A stretch of 64,000 bases of DNA from Macrostomum hystrix. Its lineage: Eukaryota > Animalia > Platyhelminthes. The position numbers and the translations under genes were made by a program. Position 1 is the stretch's first letter. Each line of letters starts with the position of its first letter. The notes beneath the pieces are model-generated. The model saw nothing but the letters and a program-made list of their open reading frames with translations, was not told where the DNA came from and ran no database searches. Below, piece after piece: positions 35,691 to 45,429 of this stretch. The stretch is from the NCBI GenBank assembly GCA_950097015.1, contig CATNEN010000039.1, forward strand, positions 10,540,001 to 10,604,000, read 5' to 3'.

Positions 35691-36515
35691 GTTCTCACTG
35701 CTTCGATTGTGCAGAATGGAAGCACACGAGCCAGAGGAAGCAGCCAAGTGGCAATGCGATGTTCCTCTCCTGAGCAATGATTCGTGCAGCTCATGCACTG
35801 ATTTTGTGCCCCTGCATGTCGCGGCACGGCCTTAGGAAAACTTTTTCCTTGTTTAATAGGCGCTGAGTCTGCTGGAGCTTCGGCAAACATTGGCGACCTT
35901 GTTGTCTCTGGACCTTGCTGTCTTTTCTTTCTGCTCAATAATTGCTTTAAATGGCGATGGGGCGGAGACTGAGCGGCAAGCATGAGTTGGTTCCCGCTCT
36001 GCAAAGCACAGGAGCAGTGATTGATTAGGAAGACAAAATGCGAGCCCAAAGTTCGATGAGAAGTGACTCTTCACTGTGTGTCTGCATCTTTTTTAGTTCA
36101 ACTTTCAGTCCAAGCCTATATAAGTTTTCTTTTGCCTTAATTTTGTTGCTTGCTGACCAATTTTTCTTCGTGACCCAGGCAGAAAATGCTCGGACCTGAC
36201 CCATCCATCGATGAGACCTGCCAACGCATCGAGTTCATCGCCAGGGAAGACATCGCCTACTCAAATTTAGTGGCAAGAAAATGCAAAAGGATAATTGTTT
36301 TCGTTAAAAATTAGGAGAGGTGGAGATTCCATTGGCCGGAACTACTGGTAGGTCAGCTGATCGATCAGCTATTGGATGACAGCGGTGTAATAAAAAATAT
36401 GTATCCCAGCTCCCTATCTCTTATACTCACCCTTTCCTCACCCTCACCCATTCCCCCCACTCTAATTCTCACCCCTTCCCTCAATCCTATTCTCCCCCCT
36501 GTCTTCCCTCACCCC

Positions 36516-36930
36516 CTTCTCTTCTATTCTCTCCCCTTCTCTTCTATTCTCTCCCCTTCTCTTCTATTCTCTCCCCTTCTCTTCTATTCTCTCCGCTTCT
36601 CTTCTATTCTCTTTTATTCTCTCCCCTTCTCTTCTATTCTTCCCCTTCTCTTCTATTCTCTTCCCTTCTCTTCTATTCTCCCCCTTCTCTTTTATTCTCT
36701 CCCCTTCTCTTCTATTCTCCCCCTTCTCTTTTATTCTCTCCCCTTCTCTTCTATTCTCCCCCTTCTCTTCTATTCTCTTCCCTTCTCTTCTATTCTCCCC
36801 CTTCTCTTCTATTCTCTTTTATTCTCTCCCCTTCTCTTCTATTCTCTTCCCTTCTCTTCTATTCTCTTCTATTCTCTCCGCTTCTCTTCTATTCTCCCCC
36901 TTCTCTTCTATTCTCTTCCCTTCTCTTCTA
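36516..36930. repeat. Pyrimidine microsatellite (TTCTCTTCTA/TTCTCTCCCC), left part, split by the transposon
   Basis: Continues in register at 44973-45183. Confidence 0.93.
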
Positions 36931-37272
36931 CCCGCTTGGCTTTTTAGTCCGGATTTTGTCCGCCATTCGTCCGCTTTTGGGGTCCTTTCCGGACCAAATC
37001 GGGATTTCATCCGCATTTCATCCGGATTTCACGTCCGGACCAAAATGTGGGAGAAATTCCGGGCCAAATCCGGACAAAGGGGTTTCGCAAACCACTTTTG
37101 ATCCGGATCTCATCCGCAATTTGATCCGAACTTTTGAGCGGACGAAAAGTCGGACTGCAGTCCGGATGAAAGTAGGGCGAAAATGTATTTTGTCCGGAAA
37201 TTTCATCCGCTTTGTCTCCCGCCTGTTCAACCGCAATTGAGCCGGACAAAGTTCCGGACGAAGATCGGACAA
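36931..37272. repeat. Left TIR plus subterminal TCCG(G/C)/CGGA repeat field
   Basis: Dense TCCGG/TCCGC/CGGAC motifs in both orientations. Confidence 0.8.
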
Positions 37273-37698
37273 ATATTAAGATTGCTGTCTTACTTAATGT
37301 AGTCATCAGCTGTACCCACTGTACTGTCTGTACTGACAGACTGCTTATTCGAATAGTATTCGTATGCAAATCCTGGATACGCTAATAAATGATGTCATTC
37401 TTGTGCAGCGCGCACCGATTCAATTTGGCACTTTGACAGCTCGCCAGCCTTCTTTATTTGCATGATAATGAAGAGTTCTAGGTTGGCATAATTCATAGGC
37501 ATATTGTCAAGGGACTTAAACTGTACAGTGATGTACACGAAGCTTCTTTTCCATTTTGCCGTCACGTTTTGTAGGGTAATAGCTTCGCCTCCAAAAAGAG
37601 TAATAATTACGGTGCCACTGTTAACATGAGACAAAGGTAAAGCTTTCTTTAAAAAATTCGGTCATTCCAGCGCACCACGTTTCTGCTGTCAGCTGCAT

Positions 37699-40629
37699 AT
37701 GGAGGACGCACAGCATCGCAGGCGCCTCTGGATGAGGGCGTACATGCAGAAGCGAAGGGCGGCTCGCACACGCTCTCGGTCACCTATGTCTGCCTCTGGC
37801 TCATTGCCCGCCCATCCGGACTACACCCCACCCAGCGCCGATGACGGCTCAGACGGCAGTGCAGATGACGGCAGCGCCCATGACGGCTCAGACGGCAGCG
37901 CCGATGATGGCTCAGACGGCAGCGCCGATGATGGCTCAGACGGCAGTGCAGATGACGGCAGCGCCGATGACGGCTCAGACGGCAGCGCCGATGACGGCTC
38001 AGACGGCAGCGCCGATGCTGGCTCAGACGGCAGCGCCGATGACGGCTCAGACGGCAGCGCCGATGACGGCTCAGACGGCAGTGCAGATGACGACAGCGCA
38101 GATGACGGCAGCGCCGATGCTGGCTCAGACGGCAGCGCCGATGACGGCTCAGACGGCAGCGCCGATGACGGCTCAGACGGCAGCGCCGATGACGGCTCAG
38201 ACGGCAGCGCCGATGACGGCTCAGACGGCAGCGCCGATGACGGCTCAGACGGCAGCGCCGATGACGGCTCAGACGGCAGCGCCGATGACGGCTCAGACGG
38301 CGGCACCGATGACGGCAGCGCCGATGACAGCAGCGCCGAGGACGCCGGTGAAAATAACATCCCCGTGCCCCATGACATGCTGGAAAATGCCTGGCACGAT
38401 GCCCTGCCTTTGACAATCGGCGAAGCGCTGTGCGAGGTGAATTCCTGTGCATTAGACCTAAATGTGTCACGGGACGGATTTACCAGACTGTTGGCAATGC
38501 TGCATCGCCTAGTGCCCGGCAATAGGCTGCCTAGATCAGGACGAGCCGCTCGCGATGCAACTAAGTCGATGCAGACCATGTCGGGCACGACAAAGTGCTT
38601 CACAGTGTGCAATGAATGCAACAGGAGTTCGCCTGGGGTGTGCCGAGCAGGTCTCACAACTTACGTGCACTGCGGTGCGACCAACGTGGCGAACTTCTGG
38701 TGTTTTGATGTGCCCAGACAGCTGAAGACGCTCATAGAGTGCCGTAGCATGTTGGACCACGTCGTTTTCCCGGCCGACAGAGTAGTGCCACCCGACGTAG
38801 TTCACTTTGCCACTAGTGAGCTGTACATTCAGTTCATGGATGGCATCGATGTTCCGAGCCGCTGCGACCTGTCCTACACTTTCTGCTCAGACGGCTTTCC
38901 ACTGTTTAGGACAAGTTCGGTTGAAGTTTGTCCCGTCTACCTTAGTGTCAATGAGGTACATGATCGTTTTAAGCTGCGCTACGTAGTAATTTGCGGCGTT
39001 TGGGCCGGAAAGAAGAAGATCCATGCGAGTGCATTCCTCCCATTGGTCGTGGTCACCCTTAATGACCTACGCTTTACCGGGCTAGAGTTTGTTGACCAAC
39101 AAGGCGTTCAGCGCCGTCTAAGGTTTCATCCGCTAATCGCGATGTTTGACGCTCCAGCCAGAGCTGACGCGCTGTGCATGAAGCGCTTCTCCGCAAAATA
39201 TGGATGCGATAAATGTTATCTGCTGACGTCCCTACACCCCTCGAAGCACGGTCGAGTGTTCGGCGTACAACTAACTCCTGCCATGCAGGGAACCGCCCGT
39301 CGCCTTGGCTGCACCCAAACGCTGGTTCGGTCTATGAATGACACATTTACTCTAGCTGAGCGCCACTCGCAGCAGAACCTAAACTCACGCACCGACGTGC
39401 TAGGCGTCCGTGGACACTCGCCGCTCGGGCGACTGTGCGGGTTCGACTTTATCAGGGGGACACCACCGTGCTTTCTACACCAATTGTGCTCGGGATTGGT
39501 TCGCTACATCCTGTTTCAAATGTTTCTCGTGCGACATGAGAAGCCTGACCGGGGTGATACCAACTGCCCTGATCTGCACGGTCGGATTGCCGTAGTGCAG
39601 AGTCGCCTGGAGAACATTCGCCTGCCCAGCTGCGTGCAGCGCCACACGGTGCGTGAGCTAAGAGACCTCCGTCACCTTCGTGGCCACGAGCTAGAAGTCT
39701 GGATCCTAGCTTTCGGCCCGATGGTGCTGGGGGAATTTCTGCCACCGGAACACTACTGGCACCTGTTGCTCCTATCCTCCGCTGTATTCTGGATGACCTT
39801 GGAGGGTGCCCCAAGAAGCGAGTTGCGGCATGTCGAAATAACTCTCCGGCATTTCCATGCCGCCCTGCCGCGCCTATACTCTCTGAGGGCCCTCACGTAC
39901 AACAGCCACCAGGTGTGCTGTCACATGCTGCCATCCGTTCTGCTAGCCGGGCCACTGCACAGACAGTCAGCAGGACTCTTTGAAACCATGCACTCCCGTT
40001 TGCGTCGTCGGATTCACGGTTCCAGGCGCACTGATATCGAATTGGTTGGCGCAGTGGAGAGGGAAGTCGCGGTGATCCAGGCTGATGATTTTGTCAACGA
40101 CGGTGTCCGCCACCCTGAGCCACGCGGTAAACGCAGGACAGAGTCACTCGTGATTGAAGGAGTGCTGTTGCGACGTCCGCAGGGTGCAACGGACGGCTGG
40201 CGCACTGTGTCACTGCCCACCGGGGTGACCATCGTGGTATTCGAGTCCGCGCCCACGGAGGGCGCCGCCGGTAGAGGAAGGTCCACCTCCAGCTTTGTGG
40301 CACTTCGAGGACCAGAAACCACGTCCTTCAATTTCGCACGTGTTGAGGCACTCAGCGTCAACCAAGAAAACCGCGTCATGGTCTCTCTCGTAGCGCTACC
40401 CATTGAACCTCAGCTTGACCCACTGGAGGCACTTTGCGCGGTCTCTGCAGCGTCACCTGACCGTGGGTGCCGCTTCGCTCATGTGCGGCGCCTTATGGTT
40501 GACCCGTTCGTTGACAGGCTCATTCTCGGTGCCGCTGTACGCGTGCCTCTGGCCGACGTTGTCGGTGTATGCGTCGTTTCAGACACGTATATCGCCCTAA
40601 TGCCGCATGCCCAAATGGGTTTTTCTTAG
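37699..40629 (+). CDS. CMC/EnSpm-type DDE transposase (Transposase_21/Tnp2-like), 976 aa
   Basis: Motifs CNEC..HC zinc finger, SDGFPLF..CPVYLSVNE, FDAPARA, GCDKC (C2C), LH..CSGL, NSHQVCCH and GPL..SAGLFE follow the CMC D-D-C(2)C-LH-H..H-E order. Lies between the TIRs. Confidence 0.88.
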   Translation: MEDAQHRRRLWMRAYMQKRRAARTRSRSPMSASGSLPAHPDYTPPSADDGSDGSADDGSAHDGSDGSADDGSDGSADDGSDGSADDGSADDGSDGSADDGSDGSADAGSDGSADDGSDGSADDGSDGSADDDSADDGSADAGSDGSADDGSDGSADDGSDGSADDGSDGSADDGSDGSADDGSDGSADDGSDGSADDGSDGGTDDGSADDSSAEDAGENNIPVPHDMLENAWHDALPLTIGEALCEVNSCALDLNVSRDGFTRLLAMLHRLVPGNRLPRSGRAARDATKSMQTMSGTTKCFTVCNECNRSSPGVCRAGLTTYVHCGATNVANFWCFDVPRQLKTLIECRSMLDHVVFPADRVVPPDVVHFATSELYIQFMDGIDVPSRCDLSYTFCSDGFPLFRTSSVEVCPVYLSVNEVHDRFKLRYVVICGVWAGKKKIHASAFLPLVVVTLNDLRFTGLEFVDQQGVQRRLRFHPLIAMFDAPARADALCMKRFSAKYGCDKCYLLTSLHPSKHGRVFGVQLTPAMQGTARRLGCTQTLVRSMNDTFTLAERHSQQNLNSRTDVLGVRGHSPLGRLCGFDFIRGTPPCFLHQLCSGLVRYILFQMFLVRHEKPDRGDTNCPDLHGRIAVVQSRLENIRLPSCVQRHTVRELRDLRHLRGHELEVWILAFGPMVLGEFLPPEHYWHLLLLSSAVFWMTLEGAPRSELRHVEITLRHFHAALPRLYSLRALTYNSHQVCCHMLPSVLLAGPLHRQSAGLFETMHSRLRRRIHGSRRTDIELVGAVEREVAVIQADDFVNDGVRHPEPRGKRRTESLVIEGVLLRRPQGATDGWRTVSLPTGVTIVVFESAPTEGAAGRGRSTSSFVALRGPETTSFNFARVEALSVNQENRVMVSLVALPIEPQLDPLEALCAVSAASPDRGCRFAHVRRLMVDPFVDRLILGAAVRVPLADVVGVCVVSDTYIALMPHAQMGFS
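37834..38340 (+). repeat. 24-bp coding repeat (ADDGSDGS)n in the transposase N-terminus
   Basis: GCCGATGACGGCTCAGACGGCAGC ~20 times, with in-frame 15-bp variants. Confidence 0.95.
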
Positions 40630-41097
40630 CAGTTTAGTGAAGCCGGTTCTGTCCAACGACAAAAATGTAAACTTTAGGAAAAAGTATACCATAAAAGAAA
40701 ATACTATAAGTTATTGTATAATCTATACACATATTGAAATATTTTAGATTCGCCTCTGGGCTCTCGATGTCCAGCTTAATGAATATTCTTATTATCTTCA
40801 CCTGTGTTGGGTTAAATTGTAACACTTCAATATGCTATACCATTTTCAAACGAATATCGTATACGTTTACATTCATAAGACACGTAATGTAAATAGAGAC
40901 TTGAACGAACAATGTAACGTAATCTACTGGACACTAAATAAATCCGTCATGCTTTTGACTTGCGTAGAAGTCCGCGCTGCTGGCCTGTCTTCTCATTTCT
41001 GGTCACGGTTCCTCACTACCCACTACATAATTACAAATATGGCATAGGGAAACATGGAGACCTAAGCGCTGCATAAATCTTGCCATATTTCAGCCGA

Positions 41098-41853
41098 ATG
41101 GATGCCTCCGGACCTATTCAGTGGTCGCGTATTTTGGACGACGTCCTACTGGACAGCAACTTCTTGGACTTCTTGGACGACGATGATACCGAGACGACCC
41201 TCGGGGAGAGCGACCGCCGATCACCGGGTGAAGGAGCCTGGCCCGTCGAGAGCCAGAACTTCCTGGACCCGGACGACTCGCTCGCGTTATGTCCGCCTGC
41301 TGCCAGCAGTACACAGGCACCTGCTTTACCAACTAGCCCTCGTGTACCGTTGGAGAGCGACCGCCTATCACCGGGAGAAGGAGCCTGGCCCGTCGAGAGC
41401 CAGAACTTCCTGGACCCGGACGACTCGCTCGCGTTATGTCCGCCTGCTGCCAGCAGTACACAGGCACCTGCTTTACCAACTAGCCCTCGTGTACCCGTTA
41501 AGTACACGTGGGCGGACTATAACCGGTTGCCCGACGAGCCGCCGCCCAATTTCGACTCTCGCCGACCCGAGGAGCGCCGCCGAATCCCCGCTCAGACGTG
41601 CGCGGATTGCGAGAGTTGGTTCGCGGCGTTGCCACCGGCAGAGCGTGAGCGACGACTGCAGTGCCACGGGCGCCATCGACATCGCCCAGTTATCCAGTCG
41701 GCCGACTTCTTCGCTATTGCCATGCCGCCGAGCCCACCACCCGCACCGATAGAGCACATGAAGGTGATGAAGCGCCGTCGGCGCCCCCTAAGAGACCTGC
41801 AGTCTGCAGGGCAGTCGGTAAAGAAGCAGTCGGTTGATGAGAAAGACGACTGA
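41098..41853 (+). CDS. Transposon ORF2: 251-aa protein with a CtIP/Sae2 C-terminal (SAE2-like) motif
   Basis: ATG 41098 after TTTCAG. RRPEERRRIPAQTCADCESWFAALPPAERERRLQCHGRHRHR (41560-41685) matches the CtIP/Ctp1 R..EER....TC..C..YY......RHR signature. Internal 49-aa duplication. Confidence 0.78.
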   Translation: MDASGPIQWSRILDDVLLDSNFLDFLDDDDTETTLGESDRRSPGEGAWPVESQNFLDPDDSLALCPPAASSTQAPALPTSPRVPLESDRLSPGEGAWPVESQNFLDPDDSLALCPPAASSTQAPALPTSPRVPVKYTWADYNRLPDEPPPNFDSRRPEERRRIPAQTCADCESWFAALPPAERERRLQCHGRHRHRPVIQSADFFAIAMPPSPPPAPIEHMKVMKRRRRPLRDLQSAGQSVKKQSVDEKDD

Positions 41854-42181
41854 AAGCCGATGTAGCCGAGTCAAAAGCATGACGGATTTATTTAGTGTCC
41901 AGTAGATTACGTTACATTGTTCGTTCAAGTCTCTATTTACATTACGTGTCATATGAAGCTTGGGAAGTAAAAATTGAAGTTCGGCTCACAACTGGCAAGA
42001 CTGGAACACAGAGACTTCATTTCTGTTATTTTCGCATTCACTCATGTTACTCCATAGACTCTATTAGACTTGATGGTTACATTAGGTTAACCTTCGGTGG
42101 TTAGTTAACAAGGTTACCTCCGGTTACCATGAAAATTATTATATACATCAACCGTCATCATCATCAGTTGCAGCTACTACA

Positions 42182-44062
42182 ATGACCAAGCCTACGACGT
42201 CCAATCGAGCAGCATCGAAGCAAAAGGGCGGGCTTCAGCGAGGAAAAGTAGGGAAGGCCAAGAAGCAAAAGGAGAACACTCCGCCCGAACCAACGGGCGT
42301 GCCTGCTTCAAGCGACACGCCTCCTCCCACCGCGCCACGTGACGCAGCTGACGCGCTGGAAGAATCGGTCACAGACCAGAATGGCCAGACCAGCAGCACA
42401 GAGGACATGGTGCCTTATAAGTCGGAGAGCGTGGCGCGTTACTTTCTGTTCAAATACAGCTGTTACCATGACCGCACGGAAGTAGTGTCTACCGACGGTG
42501 AGAGCAGTGCTCCCGTCATTGTCGCGCGCAGTCGGGACTCACCGATCCCTGTTGCCGTAGGGAGCCGTGTGCTAATAGTCACAGCTAAAAAAAACCGCGC
42601 CTCGGCGAAACGCTGGTCCGGAGACCTGCTTCGCGGCCCGTTTTCTAAGAAAAGTGAGGCCACGGGTGCCGCCCTGCTAACCAACGTGCACGCCCCGCCG
42701 CTAGAGCTGCCTCGTGCCTGCGCCTCCTGTCGGGGGTTACTTGTGGAACTCCAGAGAGAGAAAAGTCTCACCGACACACTGCGTGAGTAGATGCTAGTAG
42801 ATGCTAGCTTTTCCTGCTGAAAAATGGTGCATCATATTACAATAGTGTAATGATGAGACTTATTGCGTGTACCCTTTTGCTACAGATTGTGAGTTAATTA
42901 TGTCTCTTTGTGACATCCAACAGGTTCTGAAGTTCGACTGCTTCGTACAAGCGAAAACCAGTTGCGCGAGCAGGTTCGACATCTGACGCACGGGAGCTCT
43001 GTTCAGTCTAAGGTTGAGAGTCGACTTCTCCTGCAGCTAGAGCAGGAGCAGGGCAGGAGCCTAAATATGCAGCGCAATGCGGAGAAGGCGAACGAGTGCC
43101 TCGTCCGCGCCTCGCATTACCTGCTGGCTTTTAATTCGGCATCGACATCTGCCAGCGCTCTGGCCGGACTCGTGCATCCGGCGGCGCCACCGGGGGCGGC
43201 GGCGGCTGCTGTGGCTGCAACGGTGTCTAGCGGCGATCCGGACGCGGAATCCGATCCGGGGGATGAGTCGGAGAGTTACCGCATTACGGACTTCTTAGCG
43301 GATAGTCACCTGTCTGTGTCGCAGACACGCGCTTTGAGCGACGCATGCGACAAGGCTGCATCTCAAGCAGGACCTTCTACGGAAGCTGTCGCTCGGGTAT
43401 CGCTTTCCGACCAGCAGCCCTTTTTGAAGATTTCCGCCCAGCGCCGCTCCGAGCTGGATCATCGCAACAATGAGCTGCGCAAATTGATGGCGCCCCCAGA
43501 AGATACCGACATCGAAGAGGCCACACTAGCATCCCGTCGCAGGGCCGCAAGACTGTCTACACTGCGCGCTCTTTTTAGGGCCATTTTTACGGACGCGGAA
43601 TTGGCGCACTCCAGCATTTCGGGTCGCCAAGCCTCTGGCTACGCCACGTCTGCTGTAAATCCTGCCAAACTGCAGGCGGCAAAACTGTGGCTGCAGAACG
43701 CTGACATCTCTTTTAGCACGGACGATCTGCGCCGCGCCTTCACTCGCTGCGGCGAGGCGGTTCGCCGACGCATGGGCCTGCCAAAGCGCATTCGGCCAAA
43801 GAAGAACCCAACAGATCGCCAGCGTCAAAAGAAGGCGGCTCGAGTCTCGCAGCAGACTGTAGTGCGCATCATCGGAGTCGGCTCGAATGCATCCAACCCT
43901 TCCGACGTCGCCGCGCACGCCGCTGCCATTCCTGCCGTTCCAACGACCAGCAGACCGGTTTCCCAGGGCGCTGAAAATTGTGCTGCTGCTGCAACTAGTG
44001 CTGCTGCAACTAACACCAGTCACCGACGTGCAGGAAATGGAGTCGGGAGATCTCGAAGATGA
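42182..44062 (+). CDS. Transposon ORF3: coiled-coil + BEN-domain protein, ~579 aa, 2 exons
   Basis: Exons 42182-42782 and 42924-44062 join via C|GTGAGT...CAACAG|GT (phase 1) into TDTLRSEVRLLRTSENQLREQV (coiled coil). BEN-like LRALFRAIFTDAELAHSSISG...VNPAKLQAAKLWL...LRRAFTRCGEAVRRR. Confidence 0.78.
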
Positions 44063-44182
44063 TTTGCTGCTGCGTGTTTTGCAGCAGAGAGACTGATTTA
44101 ATGATTTACATGAATTCATGTCCCTCGATCGCATTCTTTTCACTGGACCGCCTACGTATACTAGTGTATACGGAGATTGCGG

Positions 44183-44385
44183 CACCAGAGTAGAGTACAC
44201 CAGATCCGGGTATAATTAGAAGTTGTTTAGTGGACCACGTGTACAGTGCAGATATTGCACAACCAGAGTAGAGTACACCAGATCCGAGTATAATTAGAAG
44301 TTGTTGAGTGCACCACGTGTACAGTGCAGATATTGCACAACCAGAGTAGAGTACACCAGATCCGGGTATAATTAGAAGTTGTTGA
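44183..44385. repeat. 78-bp direct repeat (~2.6 units) inside the transposon, 3' of ORF3
   Basis: CCAGAGTAGAGTACACCAGATCC at 44185, 44263 and 44341. Confidence 0.9.
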
Positions 44386-44644
44386 TCGTGCACCAACTGG
44401 TGTAAGTGTCATTGCTGTAAGTGTGCATTAAAAGTATATACTTTTAGGCGTATATAGACGTAAGAATTAATAACATCTTTTATGAAAAGTGTTCCTAGCA
44501 CGTACTGGACATAATCATTTATTGTCAGTCTTGTCAGACTTAAATTCTTTCGCTGCAGCACTTGTTAGTTTATGCTAAACGATTGATGCATCTGCATACG
44601 CTTGGGTTGTTCGAATAAGTGGGCGCTGGAACTCACAGCATGCA

Positions 44645-44972
44645 GTGGTCCAGATTTCGGTCCGCTTTGTGGTCGCAGGGTGCGTGCGTCTCATTCGTCC
44701 GGATTTCGGTCCGCTTAGTGGTCCAGAATTGTGTGCGTCTCATTCGTCCGCATGTTGGTCCGGTCTCTAGTCCGCAAGAATGCGGATCAACATCCGGAGA
44801 AGAAAACGGACGAATTGCAAAAAGCAAAGCGGATCAAGGGGTCAAAATCTGCACTTTTCGTCCGCTTTGTAAACTTTTCATCCGCTTTTCAGATAGGAAA
44901 AAATACATTGCGAGGCGGACGAAAATCCGGATATGAAATCGGGCAAAACGGCGGACTAAAAAGCCAAGCGGG
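44645..44972. repeat. Right subterminal TCCG/CGGA repeat field plus TIR
   Basis: Same motifs as the left field; ends in CGGACTAAAAAGCCAAGCGGG. Confidence 0.8.
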
Positions 44973-45183
44973 TATTCTCTCCCCTTCTCTTCTATTCTCT
45001 TCCCTTCTCTTCTATTCTCTTCCCTTCTCTTCTATTCTCTCCGCTTCTCTTCTATTCTCTTGCCTTCTCTTCTATTCTCTCCGCTTCTCTTTTATTCTCT
45101 CCCCTTCTCTTCTATTCTCTTCTATTCTCTTCCCTTCTCTTCTATTCTCTCCCCTTCTCTTCTATTCTTTCCCCTTGTCTTCT
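44973..45183. repeat. Pyrimidine microsatellite, right part
   Basis: Same units as 36516-36930. Confidence 0.93.
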
Positions 45184-45429
45184 ATACGTAAGAGTTTTTT
45201 GTTTTCTACTCGCAGCTAAAATAAATAGGAATGCAATGATTCAACGGTGTCAGTAGTTAAGGTTGATCGTTACAGCTACAGAATGCAGAAAAAGTAAAGT
45301 TTAAACACACAGCGGCAAAGTTTATTCGTGATAAGAAAATTATGACAGAAATGCGATTCGCACCATGATTATACAAAAACGAAAGCGAATAGATTTTGCC
45401 AGATAGTCAGATATACTACTGAATCAAGG

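Larger units (their letters stand above)
36931..44972 (+). mobile_element. Complete CMC-superfamily (EnSpm/CACTA/Mirage-like) DNA transposon, 8042 bp, three genes
   Basis: Perfect 21-bp TIR CCCGCTTGGCTTTTTAGTCCG (36931-36951) / CGGACTAAAAAGCCAAGCGGG (44952-44972). TA on both sides (36929-30, 44973-74). About 330 bp of TCCG/CGGA subterminal repeats at each end. Uninterrupted transposase ORF. Confidence 0.93.

Noticed and set aside
35480-36300. Possible decayed coding sequence around the GAAGCAG repeat
   Set aside because: Multiple stops and no recognisable domain.
37784-38657. Arg/Cys/His-rich and Ser/Pro-rich ORFs overlapping the transposase
   Set aside because: Alternative readings of the 24-bp coding repeat.
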